A DNA stretch of 64,000 nt from Candidatus Krumholzibacteriota bacterium (lineage in GTDB: Bacteria; Krumholzibacteriota; Krumholzibacteriia; JAJRXK01). Below, piece after piece: positions 20,277 through 29,692 of this stretch. Position numbers and translations under genes: made by a program. The stretch lies in contig CAWDWO010000026.1 in assembly GCA_963806035.1 (NCBI GenBank), forward strand, positions 96,001 to 160,000, given 5' to 3'. The notes below the pieces were generated by a model, which was given only the letters and a program-made list of their open reading frames with translations, made no database searches and was not told the DNA's origin. Within the stretch, counting starts at the first letter, position 1; each line of letters opens with the position of its first letter.

Positions 20277-22909
20277 TGGGCACGCGACGCAAGTCCGGCG
20301 AACACACGCCCATGATGGAGCAGTATCTCGGACTCAAGGCCGAACATCCCGACGCCATTCTGCTCTTCCGCATGGGGGACTTCTACGAGACCTTCTTCGA
20401 GGACGCGCAGCTGTGTTCTAGGGTCCTGGGCATCACTCTCACTTCCCGCGAAAAGAAGGGGGGCAAACCCATCCCCCTGGCCGGAATCCCCTTCCACGCT
20501 CTCGAGCAGTACTTGAAGAAGCTGCTCGAGTCGGGCGCCACCGTCGCCATCTGTGAACAGACGGAAGACCCCGCGCGCGCCAAGGGACTGGTGCGGCGCG
20601 AGGTGGTGGAGATTCTCTCGCCGGGAACGGTCACCAATCCGGCACTGCTTTCGAGCGACGAGGGCAGCTATCTCCTGGCGCTTCTGCCCAAGGAGAACGA
20701 GTGGGGCTACGCCCTCCTCGACGGCAGCACGGGCGAGTTCCTCTGTGGGCAGGCCCCGGCCGAGGAAGTCCTGGGTTTGCCGCGGCGCTATCCGGTGGTC
20801 GAGATCCTCTTGCCCCAGGAGCTGGTGGAGGAGGGCAGGGCGCGGACGGGGGGCGGCGCCCTGGAGGGGATTCATGCCACGGGTGTCTCCGATTTACTTT
20901 TTGAAAAAGGTTATGCTACAAGGACTTTAGAAGATCACTTCAAGCTGAATGGAATCACTGGCCTGGGACTGGACGGGGCCGGGCTGGCCACGCGCGCCGC
21001 CGGTTGCGCCCTGCGCTACCTGGCCGACCGCCAACGCAGTCTGCCCGCGCAGGTCTCACAGCTCAGCGTGCAGCACAGCGCCGAACAGCTCTATCTGGAC
21101 CGGGAGACGGTGGCCCATTTGGAGCTCTTCGCCAGTCTGCAGAACGGCAAGCGTGAGGGGACGCTCTTCGCGCAGATGGATGCCACCAAGACTCCGATGG
21201 GACGCCGCTGTCTCGCGGCCTGGCTGCGCTCGCCACTTCGGACGCGATCGAAAATCGAGAGACGCCTCGACGCGGTGCAGGCCCTGCGCGAGGACCCCGT
21301 GCTTCTGCGTTCCCTGCGCGAGAGCCTGAATGGCATCGGCGACGTCGAGAGAATTTTGGGTCGCATCGCCACGCGCCGCGCGATGCCCAAGGAACTCGCG
21401 AACCTGCGCGCTTCGCTGCTGCGCGTCGAGGCGATCCACAAGCTGCAGTGGGCGGGGCGCGATCCCATTCTGCAGGAGATCCTGGATCAAATTTCGAGCG
21501 CTGGAGAATTGAACCGGCCCTTGATCACCCATCTCACCGAGGAACCACCGCTGCACTTGCGCAAGGGGGGAATCCTGCGCGAGGGAGTCCATCGTGAACT
21601 GGATGAACTCGCGGACTTGGCGCGCGGGGGAAAGAAGTGGTTGGCCAACTACCAGGCCCGCGAACGCGAGCGCACGGGGATCAGCTCGCTCAAGGTCGCA
21701 TTCAACCGGGTCTTCGGCTACTACATCGAAGTCACGCGTTCGCACCTGTCCAAGGTGCCCGGGGACTATCAGGAGAAGCAGACTCTGGCCGCGGCCAAGC
21801 GCTACGTGACCGAGGATCTGAAGGAGAGAGAGCGGCAGATCCTCAGCGCCGAAGAACGGCGCATCGAACTCGAAAAGAAACTCTATCTCGAACTGCTGGA
21901 AAGCCTGGCCGCTTCGCTCGCGCCGCTGCGCACGCTCACCGCGGCACTGGGGCGGCTGGACACCCTGGGCGCTCTGGCCGCACTGAGTCTGGCGCGCGAC
22001 TACGTCCGCCCCGAGATCGACGAGAGCGGAGTGCTCTTGATCGAGGAGGGACGGCACCCGGTGGTGGAGAAGCTGGTGCAGGAGCCCTTCGTGCCCAACG
22101 ATCTTGCGATGGACTCCAGCGAGCGGCAGATCCTGCTGCTCACCGGCCCCAACATGGGCGGAAAGTCCACCTACCTGCGTCAAGCCGCGCTGCTGGTGAT
22201 CATGGCGCAGATGGGATCCTTCGTGCCGGCGCGCCGCGCGCGCATCGGCCTCACCGATCGTCTCTTCACGCGGGTGGGCGCCAGCGACAATCTGGCGCGC
22301 GGGCAGAGCACCTTTCTGGTGGAGATGGCGGAGTGCGCCAAGATCTTGCGCGGTTCCACCGACCAGAGCCTGGTGATTCTGGACGAGGTGGGCCGCGGAA
22401 CCTCCACCGACGACGGCCTGGCGCTGGCATGGGCGATCACCGAGCATCTGCACGACGGTCCCGTGCATCCCAAAGCTCTCTTTGCCACCCACTTTCACGA
22501 GCTGACCCAGCTCGTCGAGAGCTTGCCACGTCTTGCCAACATCCAGATGGAGGTGCGGGACTGGCAGGGCCAGATTCTGTTCCTGCACAGAGTGATTCCC
22601 GGGGCCGGCGATCGTAGCTACGGGATCCACGTGGCCGAGCTGGCGGGGATTCCGCCCTCGGTTCTGCGGCGCGCCCGCGAGCTCTTGAACGAGCGCCGCA
22701 GCGCGTCTCCCGCCGTGCCCCGAGCCGCGCGTCCGGCGGCCAAGGAAGCTCTCCAACTGCCCCTCTTCAGTCCGGCCGAACTCGAGGTGCTCCAGCGCCT
22801 GAGGGAGACCCAACCCGAGCGTCTGCGGCCCGTGGATGCGCTGGTGCTCCTGAGCCAGCTCAAGGAGCGCCTGGAGGGCTTTTTGGCCGACGCCTCCGAG
22901 GACGCCTAA
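20276..22909 (+). CDS. mutS: DNA mismatch repair protein MutS
   Basis: TPMMEQY, FRMGDFYE, GPNMGGKST, DEVGRGTS, SYGIHVA. Confidence 0.98.
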   Translation: MGTRRKSGEHTPMMEQYLGLKAEHPDAILLFRMGDFYETFFEDAQLCSRVLGITLTSREKKGGKPIPLAGIPFHALEQYLKKLLESGATVAICEQTEDPARAKGLVRREVVEILSPGTVTNPALLSSDEGSYLLALLPKENEWGYALLDGSTGEFLCGQAPAEEVLGLPRRYPVVEILLPQELVEEGRARTGGGALEGIHATGVSDLLFEKGYATRTLEDHFKLNGITGLGLDGAGLATRAAGCALRYLADRQRSLPAQVSQLSVQHSAEQLYLDRETVAHLELFASLQNGKREGTLFAQMDATKTPMGRRCLAAWLRSPLRTRSKIERRLDAVQALREDPVLLRSLRESLNGIGDVERILGRIATRRAMPKELANLRASLLRVEAIHKLQWAGRDPILQEILDQISSAGELNRPLITHLTEEPPLHLRKGGILREGVHRELDELADLARGGKKWLANYQARERERTGISSLKVAFNRVFGYYIEVTRSHLSKVPGDYQEKQTLAAAKRYVTEDLKERERQILSAEERRIELEKKLYLELLESLAASLAPLRTLTAALGRLDTLGALAALSLARDYVRPEIDESGVLLIEEGRHPVVEKLVQEPFVPNDLAMDSSERQILLLTGPNMGGKSTYLRQAALLVIMAQMGSFVPARRARIGLTDRLFTRVGASDNLARGQSTFLVEMAECAKILRGSTDQSLVILDEVGRGTSTDDGLALAWAITEHLHDGPVHPKALFATHFHELTQLVESLPRLANIQMEVRDWQGQILFLHRVIPGAGDRSYGIHVAELAGIPPSVLRRARELLNERRSASPAVPRAARPAAKEALQLPLFSPAELEVLQRLRETQPERLRPVDALVLLSQLKERLEGFLADASEDA

Positions 22910-22940
22910 GCTCCTTTGTTCACGGCAGTTTAGTCCGTGC

Positions 22941-22956
22941 TGGCACCCTCCTTGCT
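22941..22956 (+). promoter_or_regulatory. Sigma-54 (-24/-12) promoter
   Basis: TGGCAC-CCTCC-TTGCT, a perfect consensus match in the intergenic gap. Confidence 0.8.
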
Positions 22957-23010
22957 GCGCCAATCATGGTCCGCTGTACCTCAAGGTGGAGGGAGGTGGA
23001 CGAAATTGCC

Positions 23011-25257
23011 ATGCAAGACACAGCTAATCCGTTGACTCTCTTGGGGATGGTTGGGGTCCGGGAAGCCGAGATCCCGGTCCTGGCCGAGTTGCATCGTGCG
23101 GTCGCGGTGCAGATCGTGGGCGTGTATGACCCGGATCCGAAGGCTCTGGGCCACGAAATTGCCGAAATTCTGGGGATTCCCCACGGACACAGCCGCGAAT
23201 TCTTGAGCGAATTGGCCAGGGCGGGGCAGGTGGTCCTGAGCCAGGAGCGCGAGCGGATCCAGGACGCAGTGGCCTATCTGCGCGGTGAGAAGGTGCGCCT
23301 CCTGGGACTGCACGAGGCCCTGGAACTCTACGGTGAACCGGGGTGGCCGCCGCGACGCGGAGTGCGGGAGATGCGCGCGGAAAGCGCGCGCTGGCGCGAC
23401 TTCGACGATGCCATCCGCTGGCTGGATCGCGCCCTGGACCGCGAGGAGGTCTTGCGCGGTCTTCTGGCCCTGGTGATCCAGGCCGTCGACGCGGACAGCG
23501 GGAGCATCCAACTCCTCAACCATGCCACCAAGGAACTCTACATCGCCTACGCCGAAGGTCTGAGCGACCATACCATTCGTACCAGCCGCCGACGCCTGGG
23601 AGAGGGAATCAGCGGACGGGTGGCGATGAGTGGAGAAGGCGAAGTCATCGAAGGGCAACCCACCGCAGCGCGCGAACGTGACCGTTGCGACATCCAGAGT
23701 GCGATCTGCGTGCCGTTGCTCGACGACGATTTGACCCTGGGCGTGACCAACGTCTCGCGCGATCGCGGCTCCAGCTCGTTCTCGGCCGTCGACCTCGCCA
23801 CGGTGCAGCGCATGGCGGCGCGCATCACTCCCGTGCTTTCGCATCTACTCGAAATCCAGTCCTACCACGAACGCGCGCTGGTCAACGATCTCGAGCGGGG
23901 TCTGGATCGACTCCTGCAGATGGAGTTGCCGGTATCCCAGGCCTTCGGACTCATCCGCAGTCTTCTGCACGATCTCTCCGGCGCCGAGAGTTGCCAATTG
24001 ATCATCCTGGGTGGAGCCGGGCCGGCGCTGCGCGTGCTTGCCGGTGAGGATGAGGAGGGTGAACCCTATCTGGTGCGTGACGTGGACCCCCAGAGCGGCA
24101 TCCTGGCCCAGGTCCTCTTGACCTCGGAAGTCGTGATCCTCGAGGAGAGAATTCGACCCGCCGGCCGCAAGACGGCCCGGCGCTACTCCAGCCTCTACGT
24201 TCCCCTGGGAAGCCCGGAGTGCTTCGCGGTGCTCATCATGGATTTCGAAGGGCTGTCCGCACTGAGTCACTTCCAGCGCAACTTGAGCCAGGTACAGGCC
24301 GTGGTCACTTCGCGTCTGGGAACCCTGCTGGCTCGCGAAGAGGGCCGCGTGCGCATGGAACATCTGCAGGGGCTGGCGCGCGAACTGAGCCGCGTGGGTT
24401 CTCTTCCCTTCAGCGAACGTCCGGCTCGGGTGGCCAGTGCCTTCATGGAGCTCAGCGGGGCCAACGCGGTCGCGGTCTACCAGGGACGGGGAGAGGCGCC
24501 CACCGTATGGCTTGGCGAAGAAAACCTGCCCGAGTGTGATCCCCGGGAGTTGTGGAGCGAATTTTCGCAGCGCATCGAGAACCAAGAGTCGCAGCGGCTG
24601 CGCGGCTTCGAATCCTCCGGCGGCAAAGTGAAGAACTGGCTGGTGGTTCTCGAAGCCGACCAGCGCGTACTGATCGCTTTCGACCGCAAGCCCAAGAGTG
24701 CGCTGGAGGAGCGCGGATTCAGCGAGGAAGATGCCGACATGGCGGCCCTGCTCCTGGGCACTCTTCCCGCCGAAGAAGCGCTCCAGCAAGAAAGGCACAT
24801 GGTCGCGGCAGGCCATCCGGCCCCGGAGCTGATGCGAGCGGACAGCTTCGACATCACGGCCAACCGTCTGCTGCTGCGCGAAGCGCTCGAGCGCGAACTT
24901 CAGCGCGCGCAGCGTTACCACGTCGGATTTTCTTTGACATGCTTCCAGGTGGACGCCCCTCAGGCCAAGCCGGAATTCCAGAAGCGTCTCGTGGACGTCG
25001 TACTCGATGCCGCGCGCTCGACCGATTGCGTGCTCTTCATTGCCCCGGACCGTTTTGCGGTCCTGGCTCCGGAAGAGGCACGGGGGCAGCGGCGCCTGGC
25101 CCGCCGCTATCGGTACCTGGTGGAGAAGCTGCTCGGCGAGCTCGGAGGCGCCGGCTCGGATCTGCGCATCGACCACGCACGCTACCCCCATGACGCCGAG
25201 ACTCCGGACGAGATTCTGCAGGAGGCGCAGAAGGCACTGGGTCCCGCGGCAGATTGA
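23011..25257 (+). CDS. Multi-GAF protein with Rossmann-like N-terminus and degenerate GGDEF domain
   Basis: GAF motifs (ADSGSIQL, GEGISGRVA, SAICVPL); ERELQRAQRY, RSTD, APDRF, RYPHDA in the C-terminal domain; alternative start GTG 22996. Confidence 0.75.
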   Translation: MQDTANPLTLLGMVGVREAEIPVLAELHRAVAVQIVGVYDPDPKALGHEIAEILGIPHGHSREFLSELARAGQVVLSQERERIQDAVAYLRGEKVRLLGLHEALELYGEPGWPPRRGVREMRAESARWRDFDDAIRWLDRALDREEVLRGLLALVIQAVDADSGSIQLLNHATKELYIAYAEGLSDHTIRTSRRRLGEGISGRVAMSGEGEVIEGQPTAARERDRCDIQSAICVPLLDDDLTLGVTNVSRDRGSSSFSAVDLATVQRMAARITPVLSHLLEIQSYHERALVNDLERGLDRLLQMELPVSQAFGLIRSLLHDLSGAESCQLIILGGAGPALRVLAGEDEEGEPYLVRDVDPQSGILAQVLLTSEVVILEERIRPAGRKTARRYSSLYVPLGSPECFAVLIMDFEGLSALSHFQRNLSQVQAVVTSRLGTLLAREEGRVRMEHLQGLARELSRVGSLPFSERPARVASAFMELSGANAVAVYQGRGEAPTVWLGEENLPECDPRELWSEFSQRIENQESQRLRGFESSGGKVKNWLVVLEADQRVLIAFDRKPKSALEERGFSEEDADMAALLLGTLPAEEALQQERHMVAAGHPAPELMRADSFDITANRLLLREALERELQRAQRYHVGFSLTCFQVDAPQAKPEFQKRLVDVVLDAARSTDCVLFIAPDRFAVLAPEEARGQRRLARRYRYLVEKLLGELGGAGSDLRIDHARYPHDAETPDEILQEAQKALGPAAD

Positions 25258-25282
25258 CAGCGCCCCCTCCTCGGCGTAGTGT
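25254..25282 (+). promoter_or_regulatory. Sigma-70-type promoter for mutL-miaA
   Basis: TTGACA-N17-TAGTGT; -35 contains the upstream TGA stop. Confidence 0.65.
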
Positions 25283-25365
25283 GAGCGCCACCGGCGCAAC
25301 GGAATTTTCGCCTGTGCCAAACAACTCCAACTCACACCATCACAAGTGTTTCAGGGATTGTCTTC

Positions 25366-27186
25366 GTGAATGCTCCCAACTCAGAGCGTCGCCCGATCCG
25401 TCTTCTGGATCCCTCCTGCGTCGACCGCATCGCCGCCGGCGAGGTCGTGGAGCGTCCGGCTTCGGCGGTCAAGGAGCTGGTGGAGAACGCGCTGGATGCC
25501 GGGGCGCGTCACATCGTGATCCGGCTGCGGCGCGGCGGGCTGGAGGAGATCACGGTGGAGGACGACGGGAGCGGAATTCCCGTGCGCGAAGTGCCGTTGG
25601 CGGTGGAGGCGCACGCGACCTCGAAAATCGCGGGCAGTGGCGATCTGCTCGCGGTCCATTCCTTCGGCTTTCGCGGGGAAGCCCTGGCGTCCATCGCCTC
25701 GGTGAGCCGCTTCACGCTGCGCTCGCGCGCCGCCGAGGAGGAGCTGGGGACGCGTCTCGATCTGGTCGGTGGACGGCTCGAGCGCAAGGAAGCGCTGGCC
25801 AGGCATCCGGGCACGAGCGTGACCGCCTGCGATCTCTTCTTCAATCTGCCGGCGCGCCGCCAGTTCCTCAAGGGTGAATCCAGCGAGAATCGAGCGGTGA
25901 CCCAGGTGGTGACCGCGCTCGCCCTGGCGCATCCGGAGGTCGCTTTCCGCCTGGAGTCTGCCGGACGGGTGAGTCTGGATCTTCCCAGCGCGCTCGATCT
26001 GGAGACGAGAGTTCACGGTGTCTTCGGTTCCTCGGTGGCCGAGCATCTGCGGCGCTTCGAAGCGCAGGTGCAGGGGATGCGGGTCGAGGGACTGTGTAGC
26101 CTTCCCACCTATACGCGCGGCAACCGGACCGGGCAGTTCGTCTACGTGAACCGGCGCAACGTGAACGACAAGGGTCTGAGCCACGCAATTCAGCACGCCT
26201 ATCGCGAGGTCATTCCCGCCGGCCGCTTCCCGTTGGTGCTGCTTTTTCTCGAAGTGCCGCCCTCGCGCGTGGACGTGAACATCCATCCCACCAAAGCCGA
26301 AATTCGTCTGCGCGATTCCGGCACCGCCCACGAGCTGGTACGCCACGCGATTCAGGATGCGCTCGCCTTGCGTAACGAGAGCAGGGGGGAGGCCCGCGGG
26401 ACGCAAGTGGAGGACGAGGCGATGGAGCGCTTGCGCCGCACCGCCGAGGAGGTCTTCCGGCACGGGCCCACCGAAGGACACTCGACGCCCTACGGACCGG
26501 CTTGGAGTCGCAGCAAGGAGGCGCCCACTCTTTTCGAGGGCGGAGACTCGGCGCATGAAAGCGGCTTCGTGCCCCAGGGGGCACCGGTCGATCCCGGTCT
26601 GGGCCAGAGTTTGGATACTTCGGCCGGACTGTTTTGGCAGCTGCACTCCACCTTCATTCTCACCCAGATCCGCGGGGCCTTGGTGATCGTCGATCAGCAC
26701 AACAGTCACGAGCGCATCCTCTACAACGAAGGAAAGCGCGCGGTGGAGGGCAGAGCGGCCGCGGTACAGCAGCTGCTTTTTCCCTGCACGCTGGAGCTTT
26801 CCCCCACGGAGTTGTCGGCCTACGAAGTCCATCGGGGCGACCTGGAACGCATGGGTTTTCTCACCGAGGCTTTCGGCGGCTCCACCGTGCTCGTACGCGG
26901 AATTCCCAACGAGCTGCGCAACTGGAACGATGGCGCCCTGCTGCGCGACATCCTGGTCGATCTCGCCGAAAGCGGGCGCGGGGGCAGCGATCCGAAGGAA
27001 GCGATTCTCGCCTCCTACGCCTGCCACGGCGCGATCCGCGCCGGTGAGAAACTGACCCTGCCGGAGATGCAGGCCCTGATGGACCGCCTCTTCGCCACCG
27101 AACTTCCCTACTCGTGCCCCCACGGACGGCCCACCCTCATCAAGATCGGCCTGCAGGAGCTGGAACGACGCTTCGGAAGACGTTGA
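25366..27186 (+). CDS. mutL: DNA mismatch repair endonuclease MutL
   Basis: IAAGEVVERP, GFRGEAL, DVNIHPTK, DQHNSHER, ACH, CPHGRP. Confidence 0.98.
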   Translation: MNAPNSERRPIRLLDPSCVDRIAAGEVVERPASAVKELVENALDAGARHIVIRLRRGGLEEITVEDDGSGIPVREVPLAVEAHATSKIAGSGDLLAVHSFGFRGEALASIASVSRFTLRSRAAEEELGTRLDLVGGRLERKEALARHPGTSVTACDLFFNLPARRQFLKGESSENRAVTQVVTALALAHPEVAFRLESAGRVSLDLPSALDLETRVHGVFGSSVAEHLRRFEAQVQGMRVEGLCSLPTYTRGNRTGQFVYVNRRNVNDKGLSHAIQHAYREVIPAGRFPLVLLFLEVPPSRVDVNIHPTKAEIRLRDSGTAHELVRHAIQDALALRNESRGEARGTQVEDEAMERLRRTAEEVFRHGPTEGHSTPYGPAWSRSKEAPTLFEGGDSAHESGFVPQGAPVDPGLGQSLDTSAGLFWQLHSTFILTQIRGALVIVDQHNSHERILYNEGKRAVEGRAAAVQQLLFPCTLELSPTELSAYEVHRGDLERMGFLTEAFGGSTVLVRGIPNELRNWNDGALLRDILVDLAESGRGGSDPKEAILASYACHGAIRAGEKLTLPEMQALMDRLFATELPYSCPHGRPTLIKIGLQELERRFGRR

Positions 27187-27189
27187 TTG

Positions 27190-28131
27190 ATGCGAGATAG
27201 CACTCCGAGTCTGGTGGTGCTCGTCGGCGCCACCGCCACCGGAAAGACCCGCCTGGCCTTGGAGGTGGCGCGCGAGTTCGAAGCGCCGCTCGAACTGATC
27301 TCTCTCGACTCGCGGCAGATCTATCGCGGCCTGGATCTGGGCACGGGAAAGCCGAGCCTCGAAGAGCGTCAAGCGCTGCCGCATCATCTCGTGGACATCA
27401 TCGATCCTGACGAGCGTTTCGACGCGGGACGTTACCGTCGGCGCGTCGAAGAACTTTTGCCCGGACTCTTCGCGCGCAAAGTGACCCCGATCGTGGTGGG
27501 AGGAGCGGGCTTCTATTTGCGGGCCCTGCAAGAAGGCTTCTTCGATCTGCCCGAAGACCCCGAACTTCTGGCCGAGCTGCGCCGCGAGTGGAAGCAACTC
27601 TCGGGCGAAGAACTCAGCCGTCGTCTGCACGAAGTCGATCCCGAGCGCGCGGCACAACTGCATCCCAACGATCGCTACCGTCTGGAGCGCGCGCTGGAGA
27701 TCCACGCGCTCAGCGGGAAGAGCATGAGCGAACTCGCCCGCGACTTTCGACCGAGCCCCGTTTTGGGATTGAAGCTGCGCGTATTCCATCTGCAAGAAAC
27801 GCGTTGGAAGCTGCACGCGAAAATCGCCAGCCGCGCCGAACAATGGTTGCACGGGGGATGGATCGAGGAGACGCGCGAACTTCTGCAAAAGGGGTGGGGG
27901 AAGGACTCGCCCGGACTCTCGATCCTGGGTTACCGGGAGATCGTCTCCTTCCTTGAAAATCCCGGACCGAGTGAGGAACTCTTCGAGCGTGTCCTCGTCT
28001 CCACCCGCCGCTACGCGCGGCAGCAGGAGATCTGGTTCCGCAAGACCGAGGTGGAATTGAGAGCGACGCCGGAGAACCCCGCCCTGAAGAGCCAGCTTCT
28101 GAAGGCACTGCGGGAATCCGCGTCCTCTTGA
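27190..28131 (+). CDS. miaA: tRNA dimethylallyltransferase
   Basis: GATATGKT, DSRQIYRGLDLGTGKP, HHLVD, HPND..R..RALE, TRRYARQQ. Confidence 0.95.
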   Translation: MRDSTPSLVVLVGATATGKTRLALEVAREFEAPLELISLDSRQIYRGLDLGTGKPSLEERQALPHHLVDIIDPDERFDAGRYRRRVEELLPGLFARKVTPIVVGGAGFYLRALQEGFFDLPEDPELLAELRREWKQLSGEELSRRLHEVDPERAAQLHPNDRYRLERALEIHALSGKSMSELARDFRPSPVLGLKLRVFHLQETRWKLHAKIASRAEQWLHGGWIEETRELLQKGWGKDSPGLSILGYREIVSFLENPGPSEELFERVLVSTRRYARQQEIWFRKTEVELRATPENPALKSQLLKALRESASS

Positions 28132-28156
28132 CACCCCCATGCGCCCTTGCTAGCTT
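28128..28156 (+). promoter_or_regulatory. Sigma-70-type promoter for tRNA-Gly
   Basis: TTGACA-N17-TAGCTT with TG extension; -35 contains the miaA TGA stop. Confidence 0.75.
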
Positions 28157-28191
28157 GCGAGCCTGCCTCGCCGCCCGCGGAGGGGCTAAGA

Positions 28192-28272
<81 letters not shown>

Positions 28273-28347
28273 TCCCGCCGCTTCGGGCCCCGCAGAACCG
28301 CGCATCGTTGCCAGGGCGAGCATTGGGTCCTATCATCATGACCCGCA

Positions 28348-29691
28348 TTGGCCCATTCCCGAGGAAATCCAGTGATCGCTCTTGAACGCGCTCCCGCAGA
28401 CGGAATCTTGCCGGGCTATGACTGGCGTGAAGGCGATCGTCTGGTGCGCATCGGCGACAGCCCCATCGAGGACATCCTCGATTTCTACTACCTCGGCGAG
28501 GACTCCACGCGCCTGAAGGTCGCCATCCTCGATCGCGACGGCCGCAGTTTGGACTTCGAACTGAAAGCGGATGACCTGACGCTTTTGGCCGAGTCCTTCG
28601 CCCCCCTGGAATTCAAGACCTGCGCCTGCCGCTGTGTCTTCTGCTTCATCGATCAAAATCCCCAGGGACTTCGCAAACAGATCTACGTGAAGGACGAGGA
28701 CTACCGACTCAGTTTTCTCTACGGGAACTACATCACCTTGACCAGTCTGGGGCGGCGCGGTTTGCGCCGCGTGCTCGAGCAAAAGTTGAGTCCGCTCTTC
28801 GTCTCGGTGCACGCCACCGACCTCGACGTGCGCACGAAGCTGTTGGGGATCAAGCGGCGCATCGACGTGCTGGCGATCCTGCGCGAACTCACCAGCAATG
28901 GGATTGAAGTGCACTGCCAGATCGTGCTGTGCCCCGGATGGAACGACGGTGCGATCCTGGACAAGACGGTCAGCGATTTGGGGGCGCTCTTTCCCGGGGT
29001 CGCCTCGATCGCGGTCGTCCCGGTGGGCCTGAGCGATCATCGCGAGGGACTTCCCGAGCTGAGAACCGTGACCCGGGGCGACGCGCGTGCCGCGCTGGGC
29101 CAACTGCGGAACTGGCAGGATCGCTTTCTCGCGCACCACGGAGAACGCCTGGTGTATCTCAGCGACGAGTTCTACCTGCGCGCCGAGCTGCCCTTTCCTC
29201 CGCGCGCTTTCTACGAGGACATGCCGCAAGAAGACAATGGCATAGGCCAGGCGCGAGCCCTCCTGGAAGAGATCCAGCAGGCCACCCCCCGGCTTCTTAA
29301 GGCATCCCGCGAAAGACGCACCGCGACCATTCTCACCGGAAGCCTCGGGGCCGCGTTCTTCGAGAGGGACCTCTTGCCCTTGCTTCAGAAAATCGAGTGG
29401 CTCGACCTGCGCGTGGTGGGAATCGAAAACCGACTCTACGGGAAGGGGATCACGGTGGTGGGACTTCTCCCCGGCCGTGATTTCGCGGACACCATCGCAA
29501 AGCTTCCCGCCGATTGCGGCCAGGTGCTCCTGCCGGATTCCCCGCTCAATCACGAGGACCTGTTCCTGGACGACATGAGCCTGAAGGAGCTGCTGGAGAG
29601 CGCACCGCATCCGGTGAAGGTGGCGCGCGAAGGCCTGGTGGAAGCATTGCTGGAGCTCGCGGCGCAATCTCCATCGCCCAAAAGGACTTGA
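28348..29691 (+). CDS. PDZ + radical SAM-like DUF512 protein
   Basis: PDZ-like N-terminus, CACRCVFCFIDQNP...KDEDYRLSFLYGNYITLT, VVPVGL, QEDNGIG; directly upstream of der. Confidence 0.88.
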   Translation: MAHSRGNPVIALERAPADGILPGYDWREGDRLVRIGDSPIEDILDFYYLGEDSTRLKVAILDRDGRSLDFELKADDLTLLAESFAPLEFKTCACRCVFCFIDQNPQGLRKQIYVKDEDYRLSFLYGNYITLTSLGRRGLRRVLEQKLSPLFVSVHATDLDVRTKLLGIKRRIDVLAILRELTSNGIEVHCQIVLCPGWNDGAILDKTVSDLGALFPGVASIAVVPVGLSDHREGLPELRTVTRGDARAALGQLRNWQDRFLAHHGERLVYLSDEFYLRAELPFPPRAFYEDMPQEDNGIGQARALLEEIQQATPRLLKASRERRTATILTGSLGAAFFERDLLPLLQKIEWLDLRVVGIENRLYGKGITVVGLLPGRDFADTIAKLPADCGQVLLPDSPLNHEDLFLDDMSLKELLESAPHPVKVAREGLVEALLELAAQSPSPKRT

Positions 29692-29692
29692 G

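Noticed and set aside
25254..25877. 207-aa ORF starting at the GAF gene stop
   Set aside because: It overlaps mutL out of frame, and its TTG start is the -35 box of the predicted mutL promoter.
25381..28140. 919-aa antisense ORF over mutL-miaA, and similar long antisense ORFs such as 21056-22963 and 61641-63455
   Set aside because: They lie opposite well-supported genes, have no domain signatures, and stop codons are scarce at this GC content.
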